Shown in pieces: positions 12,200 through 18,031 of a stretch of 33,809 nt of DNA. The stretch's first letter is position 1. Each line of letters opens with the position of its first letter. Both the position numbers and the translations under genes were made by a program. The stretch is from Lentisphaeria bacterium (lineage in GTDB: Bacteria; Verrucomicrobiota; Lentisphaeria; Oligosphaerales; PUNB01). The DNA lies in assembly GCA_007130365.1 (NCBI GenBank), contig SLSR01000032.1:1-33809 (forward strand). The letters run 5' to 3'. The notes under the pieces were generated by a model that searched no databases, was not told where the DNA came from, and worked only from the letters and a program-made list of their open reading frames with translations.

Positions 12200-12847
12200 G
12201 TGTCCGACCTGATTCCCAAACACGGCGGCTATCGCAAGCTGAAGAGTTTTCAGGTGGCGCAGTTGTGTTATGATGTAACGGTACGATTTTGCGAACGCTA
12301 TGTGGATCGCTTCAGTCGGACAAAGGACCAGATGGTTCAGGCGGCGCGGAGCGGGGTGCAGAATATCGCCGAGGGGTCGCAGGCTTCGGCGACTTCGAAG
12401 AAAACCGAGTTGAAGCTGACGCAGGTGGCGCGGGCGAGTCTGGAAGAACTGAAACTGGACTACGAAGATTTTCTGCGGCAGCGGGGACTGGTGCAATGGG
12501 AGCGTGAAAACCCGCACCGGCAGGAATTGATTGACCGGCGATGTCAAACCGCCGATGAGGTGGCGGCCTGGATTGTGGACACGGTAAAAAAATGTGGACT
12601 CGATGGACAGAGTGGACGCAGTGGACAAGCCGATGCGCCGTCCACCCAGTCCACCAAGTCCTCCAAGTCCACACCGTCCATTTTGTCCACCAAAATCTAC
12701 CCGGAGTTTTCGGCCAACGCCGCATTGGTTTTGCTCGGGGTCGCCTGTTCCCTGCTCGACCGGCAGGTCGAACGCCTGGCGCGGGATTTTGAGAATGAAG
12801 GCGGTTTTACAGAACGGCTTTACCGGGTAAGAAGCCAAAACCGTTAA
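12200..12847 (+). CDS. four-helix-bundle protein (23S rRNA intervening-sequence protein family) with the 'four helix bundle suffix' domain
   Basis: HGGYRKLKSFQVAQLCYDVTVRFCERY...SRTKDQMVQAARSGVQNIAEGSQASATSKKTELKLTQVARASLEEL...DYEDFLRQRGL matches my recollection of this family. GTG start at 12200, with GGAGG 8 nt upstream. Confidence 0.85.
   Translation: MSDLIPKHGGYRKLKSFQVAQLCYDVTVRFCERYVDRFSRTKDQMVQAARSGVQNIAEGSQASATSKKTELKLTQVARASLEELKLDYEDFLRQRGLVQWERENPHRQELIDRRCQTADEVAAWIVDTVKKCGLDGQSGRSGQADAPSTQSTKSSKSTPSILSTKIYPEFSANAALVLLGVACSLLDRQVERLARDFENEGGFTERLYRVRSQNR
12594..12690. repeat. mirrored 9-nt-periodic hexamer array inside the CDS: GTGGAC x4, then GTCCAC x6
   Basis: GTGGAC-type units at 12594, 12603 (ATGGAC), 12612 and 12621. 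GTCCAC-type units at 12640, 12649, 12658 (GTCCTC), 12667, 12676 (GTCCAT) and 12685. Spacing is strictly 9 nt within each half. The array encodes the low-complexity linker GLDGQSGRSGQA...STQSTKSSKSTPSILSTK. Confidence 0.7.
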
Positions 12848-12904
12848 TGAACATACTGTGCCGCATATTCATCCAGAAGCCGTCTGATCATGCGCTGATA
12901 CGGC

Positions 12905-13052
12905 GTATTATAGTATATTATACTTTACTTCACTATAAATTACTGCACTATACTAGTATAAATCCGGGTCAGGCACCTGCCCAGTTCAACCGGCCGCCCT
13001 GTAGGAAAGAGAACCCCGACCGCTTGACACTGCAAAAAAGTATAGTATAGTA
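12905..13052. promoter_or_regulatory. AT-rich spacer with TAGTATA-type repeats (candidate iteron/operator array)
   Basis: TATAGTATA at 12909-12917 and 13041-13049. A perfect 12-bp palindrome, TATACTAGTATA, at 12949-12960. CACTATA at 12931-12937 and 12946-12952. The region is clearly AT-rich within a GC-rich window. Confidence 0.45.
13024..13051 (+). promoter_or_regulatory. candidate sigma-70 promoter of the wHTH/FtsZ-like operon
   Basis: TTGACA at 13024-13029, a 16-nt spacer, then TATAGT at 13046-13051. The AAGGA RBS and the GTG at 13081 follow about 25 nt downstream. The -10 element overlaps one TAGTATA repeat. Confidence 0.45.
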
Positions 13053-13080
13053 AAAACAAACGAGGAATCATAAGGACGCT

Positions 13081-13431
13081 GTGGGTGTGGAAAGAGATTT
13101 CGAGCACAAGCTGTTTCGCGAGCAGGTCGGGGGTCTGCTGGAGGCGCATTTTCTGATCCTCTACTGGGCGGCGCTGGCTGAAGATCGAAAGCGCCGCTAC
13201 AACATCACCAACTGCTTCGACGACCTGAAGGCGCAGACCATCACCCGCACCAAGCAAACCGCGACCGCTCTGGTCGAAGCCCTGCAGGCTCTGCGCTTTC
13301 TCGATATCCGCGACGAAGGCAACCGCAAAAACGTCTATATCACTCCGTACGGGGCGAAAGCCCTGGAATCAATGATCCTGAACCAAACCTATTCTCCGCA
13401 AAAATCGCAATTTCTGGAGGTGCAATCATGA
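13081..13431 (+). CDS. small winged-helix DNA-binding protein (MarR/ArsR-like fold); candidate adaptor for the downstream FtsZ-like GTPase
   Basis: 116 aa. It shows a helix-turn-helix plus wing pattern: ITRTKQTATALVEALQALRFLDIRDEGNRKNVYITPYGAKAL. GTG start; 13087 is an alternative. The stop overlaps the next start in ATGA (13428-13431). Confidence 0.65.
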   Translation: MGVERDFEHKLFREQVGGLLEAHFLILYWAALAEDRKRRYNITNCFDDLKAQTITRTKQTATALVEALQALRFLDIRDEGNRKNVYITPYGAKALESMILNQTYSPQKSQFLEVQS

Positions 13432-14525
13432 CAGTCGGAATCGGCGGCGGCGGCGGCAAGCTGGCTTATGAACTGGATCCCCAATGCACGGTGGTCAACG
13501 TCTCGGAAGCGGAACTGCGCAAGCTGCCGACCGAGTCGCGCATCCTGGCCACGGTCCATTCTGCGCGCGGCCAAATGCGCGGCTCGCGCAAGGATCCGCA
13601 AATCGGCAGGGACGCCTTTCTCTCGGTGCGCGAGGAGCTGCTGCATCTGGCGCAGGGCGAGCTGGTCTTCTGCTCGACCGGCGGCGGCACCGGCAACGGC
13701 ATCGCCTCCGGCCTGCTGGCGGAACTGAGCGGCCGCGATCATGTCGCGCCGGCCGAAAAGACCTCGTTCGCCCTGATTCTGCCCTATGCCAAGCTGGAGC
13801 CGGCGGAATTCGTCGACAACACCATTGCCTTTCTGCAAGGCCCGTTGAGCGAGGCGATCGACAGTGGCAACACCGGCAACATCTTTCTCTTTTCCAATCG
13901 TCTGAAGTTCGAGACCCGCAGCTCCGAGGCCGACTACAACCGCGCCCTGGTCGACACTCTGATTCAATATCGGGCGATTCCGCGCAAGGGCGACGAGTGC
14001 AGACTGCTGGACGGCCACATCGACTATGAAGACTTCGCCCTGTACAGCGCCAAGCCCTATTTCAACCATTACACCAGCTTCGCCTTCAACCCCGAGGAAG
14101 GCTATGAAAAGCAATTCCAGGCCAACCTCAATCCCTACCTCCTGCCGCCGGAGAACCCCATCGAGGCGCTGTTCCTGCTGGAGGCGCCGCCGAACGGCGC
14201 GGCAACTCCGTTCTACGACATTCTGGAACACTTCGCCAAAGAGAACGTGAGCCCGGTTTTCGGCGTGGTCGAGAACCCGCAGGTCGAGCAGTATCACCTG
14301 ACCGTTTCGGTGCTCTATTCGCGCAAGCCCATGGAGCTGGTCGAGGACTTCAACCAGGTTTCCCACCGGCACACTCAGGCCAGGGTGCGCAAGTCTCTTG
14401 AGCAGCATGTGCCGCTGCCCAGACTGCAAGTCAACCTGGAAAGCGAGGCCAAGCGGGCAGGGCGACAGCGCGGCGCGGCCGACGAGGATGTGCTCAAGGT
14501 TTTACGCCGACTCGGCAAACTGTAG
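13428..14525 (+). CDS. divergent FtsZ/tubulin-superfamily GTPase (not in a dcw context)
   Basis: T1 loop GIGGGGGK. T4 signature STGGGTGNG. T7 loop LLDGHIDYEDF. FtsZ-like blocks NVSEAELRKL, DPQIGRDAF and IFLFSNRL occur in the canonical order. GGAGG lies 7 nt upstream of the ATG. 365 aa. Confidence 0.85.
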   Translation: MTVGIGGGGGKLAYELDPQCTVVNVSEAELRKLPTESRILATVHSARGQMRGSRKDPQIGRDAFLSVREELLHLAQGELVFCSTGGGTGNGIASGLLAELSGRDHVAPAEKTSFALILPYAKLEPAEFVDNTIAFLQGPLSEAIDSGNTGNIFLFSNRLKFETRSSEADYNRALVDTLIQYRAIPRKGDECRLLDGHIDYEDFALYSAKPYFNHYTSFAFNPEEGYEKQFQANLNPYLLPPENPIEALFLLEAPPNGAATPFYDILEHFAKENVSPVFGVVENPQVEQYHLTVSVLYSRKPMELVEDFNQVSHRHTQARVRKSLEQHVPLPRLQVNLESEAKRAGRQRGAADEDVLKVLRRLGKL

Positions 14526-14530
14526 AACCC

Positions 14531-14555
14531 GCGCCCCTGCGGGGCGCCGTTTTCC
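14531..14555 (+). terminator. rho-independent terminator after the FtsZ-like gene
   Basis: GCGCCCC-TGC-GGGGCGC, a 7-bp GC stem, followed by CGTTTTCC. It begins 6 nt after the stop codon. Confidence 0.6.
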
Positions 14556-14649
14556 TGATTAATTCATGCGAATTCGGCCATGAATCATTCATGAGGGCTG
14601 AAAGCTGAAGTCGGAGGGTGCTGGGTTCCGAGGTTCTGAGTTTGAAACT

Positions 14650-14745
14650 GCGCCGAAGGCGCTTTGGAGTGCGGTGGCCTGGCCCCGCTTTTGTATAGCC
14701 TCTATCGGAAAGCGGCGCCAGGTCGCCGCACTCCAAAGATGCTTC
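14650..14745. repeat. long imperfect palindrome (REP-like element) between convergent genes
   Basis: The arms run about 14662-14699 and 14702-14738. Their core is CTTTGGAGTGCGGTGGCCTGGC (14662-14683) against GCCAGGTCGCCGCACTCCAAAG (14717-14738). Each arm is about 38 nt, with roughly 6 mismatches. The two mirror-image track ORFs (MECGGLAPL... on plus, MECGDLAPL... on minus) are translations of this palindrome. Confidence 0.7.
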
Positions 14746-14770
14746 GCATCAGCCACTGCAGCGGCGCGGG

Positions 14771-16756
14771 TCAGTCCAGGTATTGGGCCACTCGGTCGGC
14801 GATCCGGTCGGCGGTGAAGCCATATTCCTCGGCCAATTTCTTGGCCGGGGCAGAGGCGCCGAAGTGATCGATACCAAGCATCAGCCCCTGGTCGCCGGCA
14901 TACTTGTGCCAGCCGAAGGTAGTTCCGGCCTCGACCGTAATCCGTCGCTTGCAGGCGGTCGGCAAGACCGACTCCCGGTATTCCGGAGTCTGTTCCTCGA
15001 ACAATTCCCAGCTCGGCATTGAAACTACGCGTACCGCCCGACCGTTTTCGCGCAATTTTCGACCCGCCTGCAAGGCTTCCATGACTTCGGAACCGGTGGC
15101 GATCAGGATCGCTTCGAAATCGGGCGCGTCGTCGAGGATATAGGCGCCCTTGGCCAGATCGATGCGGTCGCGCCGGTCTTCGGGAATGTTCTCGATGTTT
15201 TGCCTGGTCAGGAAGATCGCGACCGGCCGCCGCAAGGTGAGAGCGGCGGCCCAGGCATGGGCGGTTTCGCAGGAGTCGGCAGGGCGGATCACGGTCATGC
15301 CGGGGATCCCCCGCAGCATGGCCAATTGCTCGATCGGCTGATGGGTCGGCCCGTCCTCGCCGACGAAAATCGAATCGTGGGTATAGACGAAGATCGCATG
15401 CACCCCCTGAATCGCGGCCAGACGCAAGGCCGGCTTCATGAAGTCGCTGAACACGGCGAAGGTCGCGACATAGGGAATAGCGGTGCCGGACAGGGCAAAG
15501 CCGTTGGCGCAAGCGCCCATGGCGAACTCGCGCACGCCAAAATGCAGATTGCGCCCGGCATAGTTGCCGGCGGCGAAGCCGGACTCCGCCTTGATCTCGG
15601 TCTTGGTCGAGGGCGCCAGGTCGGCGGCGCCGCCGATCAAGGCGGGAACCAAGGCCGAGGCCTTCTGCATGATGGCGCCGCCGGAGGCGCGCGTCGCCAT
15701 CGGCTTTGCCGGAACCGCCGCCAGCAGCTCCGCCAGAATATTGTCGGGAACCCGGCGTTCGCAGAGGTCGTCGAGCAGTCGTGCCGCCTCCGGCTTTGCC
15801 TGGCGGAATTCGGCCAGCCTGCGCTCCCAGTCGGCGGCGGCGGCGGCCAGCTCCTCAACCCGCTTGGCGCAAAGTTCCCGCACTTCCGGATCAACCCAGA
15901 ATGACTTGTCCGGATCCATCCCCACCGCCTGTTTGAAAGCCGCCACTTCGTCGGGTCCGAGCGGTTCTCCATGGGCGCTGGGCTGCCCTGCCTTGTTGGG
16001 GGCGCCAAAGCCGATCGTGGTACGCCCGATAATCAGGGTGGGGGCGCCGCGGTGGGCGACCGCATCGCTCAAGGCTGCGTCGATTTGCCGCAAATCCTGA
16101 CCGTCAATCTTAATCACGTGCCAGCCATAGGCGGCAAAGCGCTGGCCGACGTTCTCCGAGGAGAAGGCCAAATCGGTGGAGCCTTCGATGGTAATCTGAT
16201 TGTCGTCATAGAAGCAAACCACATTGTCGAGGCGATTGTGTCCGGCCAGAGAGGCGGCTTCGGAAGTCACTCCCTCCATCATGCAGCCGTCGCCGGCCAG
16301 CAAAAAGATGCGTTGATCGAACAGCTCTTCCGCACCGAGGCGTGCCGCCAGGTTTTTACTGGCCATCGCCATGCCGATACCGGACGCGAATCCGGTACCC
16401 AGAGGCCCGGTGGTAACCTCCACCCCCGGCACATGCCCGTACTCCGGGTGTCCCGGAGTGCGGCTGCCCCACTGCCGGAAATTGCGCAGGTCTTCAGTCG
16501 TCAACCCATACTCGAACAGGTGAAGCAGCGAATAGACCAGCATCGAGCCATGACCGGCCGACAGAACAAACCGGTCGCGACCCGGCCATTGCGGCTGCCG
16601 GGGATTGTGCCGCAGGTATTTGTACCACAGGGAGAAGGCGTAGTCGGCGCACCCCATGGGCAGGCCGGGATGGCCGGAATTGGCCTGCTGCACGCCGTCG
16701 GCGGCAAGCGCCCGCACCGTGTGTACCGCTTTACTGAAGACATTCTGATCGATCAT
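14771..16756 (-). CDS. tkt: transketolase
   Basis: ANSGHPGLPMGCAD ThDP-binding N-terminus, GDGCMMEG...N motif, and pyrimidine-binding and C-terminal domains. I prefer the ATG at 16756 (AAGGA 8 nt upstream); 16765 is an alternative. Confidence 0.96.
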   Translation of the reverse strand: MIDQNVFSKAVHTVRALAADGVQQANSGHPGLPMGCADYAFSLWYKYLRHNPRQPQWPGRDRFVLSAGHGSMLVYSLLHLFEYGLTTEDLRNFRQWGSRTPGHPEYGHVPGVEVTTGPLGTGFASGIGMAMASKNLAARLGAEELFDQRIFLLAGDGCMMEGVTSEAASLAGHNRLDNVVCFYDDNQITIEGSTDLAFSSENVGQRFAAYGWHVIKIDGQDLRQIDAALSDAVAHRGAPTLIIGRTTIGFGAPNKAGQPSAHGEPLGPDEVAAFKQAVGMDPDKSFWVDPEVRELCAKRVEELAAAAADWERRLAEFRQAKPEAARLLDDLCERRVPDNILAELLAAVPAKPMATRASGGAIMQKASALVPALIGGAADLAPSTKTEIKAESGFAAGNYAGRNLHFGVREFAMGACANGFALSGTAIPYVATFAVFSDFMKPALRLAAIQGVHAIFVYTHDSIFVGEDGPTHQPIEQLAMLRGIPGMTVIRPADSCETAHAWAAALTLRRPVAIFLTRQNIENIPEDRRDRIDLAKGAYILDDAPDFEAILIATGSEVMEALQAGRKLRENGRAVRVVSMPSWELFEEQTPEYRESVLPTACKRRITVEAGTTFGWHKYAGDQGLMLGIDHFGASAPAKKLAEEYGFTADRIADRVAQYLD

Positions 16757-16789
16757 GGCAAACATCCTTTTTTCCCATAGGCTTTCAGG

Positions 16790-17894
16790 TTATTTCTGAT
16801 GGCGCAGCATGGCCTCGATAAACAGATCTATTTCACCGTCGAGAACATTCCCGACATTCGAAGTCTGCACCTCGGTCCGTAGATCCTTGACCATTTGATA
16901 GGGGTGCAGGACATAGGAGCGGATCTGGTTGCCCCAGGCGTTTTCGCTCTTCTCGCCATATTCCGCATCGCGCTCCCGGTTTCTCTTCTCCTCTTCGCGC
17001 TCGTGCATTTTAGCCTTGAGGATCTTCATCGCCTTGGCCCGGTTCTTGTGCTGCGAGCGTTCCTGCTGACAGGCCACGACGATCCCGGTCGGCAGGTGGG
17101 TGATGCGCACCGCGCTGTCGGTGCGATTGACATGCTGGCCACCGGCGCCGCTGGAACGATAAGTGTCGATGCGCAAATCCGCCTCTTCGATGGCAATCTG
17201 AATGTCATCGTCGACTTCGGCCACCACATCGACCGCGGCGAACGAAGTATGACGGCGCTGGTTGCTGTCGAACGGCGAAATGCGCACCAGGCGATGAACC
17301 CCCCGTTCGTGCTTCAAATAGCCATAGGCGTACTCGCCGGAGACGATCATGGTGACGTTTTTTACGCCGGCTTCGTCGCCCGCCTGACAGTCCACGGTTT
17401 CGAGCGAGAATTCGTGCTTTTCAGCCCAGTGCGAATACATCCGCAGGAGCATCTCGGCCCAGTCGCAGGACTCGGTGCCGCCGGCTCCGGCGTGAATGGA
17501 AATAATCGCGTTGTTCGGGTCGCTGGAGCCGCCGAGGAAGCTGAGCAGTTCAAGTCGGTCCAAATCGCCGACTATGGCAGACCAGACACTGTCCGCTTCG
17601 CGCAGCAGCTCGGCCGACTCTTCCGCATCGCCTGCCGCCAACTCTCCGAGCACCTTGAAGTCTTCAAACCGGGCCGCCAGCTTTTCGAACGGCTGAACGA
17701 TAGAGCGCGCCTGCTTCAGGCGCGCCACCGTCTGCTGTGCCGCTTCCTGGTCGTTCCAGAAGTCGGGCTGGCTCATGGCCTCTTCGAGAGTGGTCAACTC
17801 CTGCCGCCGTTTGGCGAGGTCAAAGAAACCCCCTCAAGTCATCGAGCCGTCTCCTGCCCTGACTTTCATATTCCGTGAATTCTTCAATATTCAT
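16790..17894 (-). CDS. prfB: peptide chain release factor 2, with a programmed +1 frameshift
   Basis: The track shows only 16790..17797. The ATG at 17894 gives MNIEEFTEYESQGRRRLDDLRGFL, then an in-frame TGA at 17822-17820 within AGGGGGTTT CTT TGA C. A +1 shift joins it to DLAKRRQELTTLEEAMSQPDFW... Downstream are the SPF-equivalent region and GGQHVNRTDSAVRITH. Confidence 0.93.
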
Positions 17895-18031
17895 GATATT
17901 GAATATATCCAGGCTTGAAGAAATATCCAGGAACCGCAAGTCTATCAGGGTAATTCCCGGGAAAGTCGTCATCGAAATCGAACGTGTGCTGTCGTCGATC
18001 CCGATAGCGATTTCGAGGATGGAAAGATATC

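Noticed and set aside
12847-13050. 67-aa plus-strand ORF (MNILCRIFIQKPSDHALIRR...) in the AT-rich spacer
   Set aside because: It has no RBS, and its odd Y/L/H/T-rich translation is produced by the TATA-type repeats. The region is better explained as regulatory DNA.
13428-14525. Interpreting the FtsZ-like gene as the housekeeping divisome ftsZ
   Set aside because: There are no ftsA, ftsQ or mur neighbours. Near-invariant FtsZ positions are substituted. The C-terminal tail is non-canonical. The gene is coupled to a wHTH gene inside an accessory-looking islet. This cannot be fully excluded without the rest of the genome.
17905-17931. ATATCCAGG x2, 18 nt apart, just upstream of the prfB start; also a possible TGGATA-N17-TATATT promoter that would make prfB nearly leaderless
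   Set aside because: A 9-mer pair at this distance is expected a few times by chance in the window. The -35 element is weak. There is no independent support.
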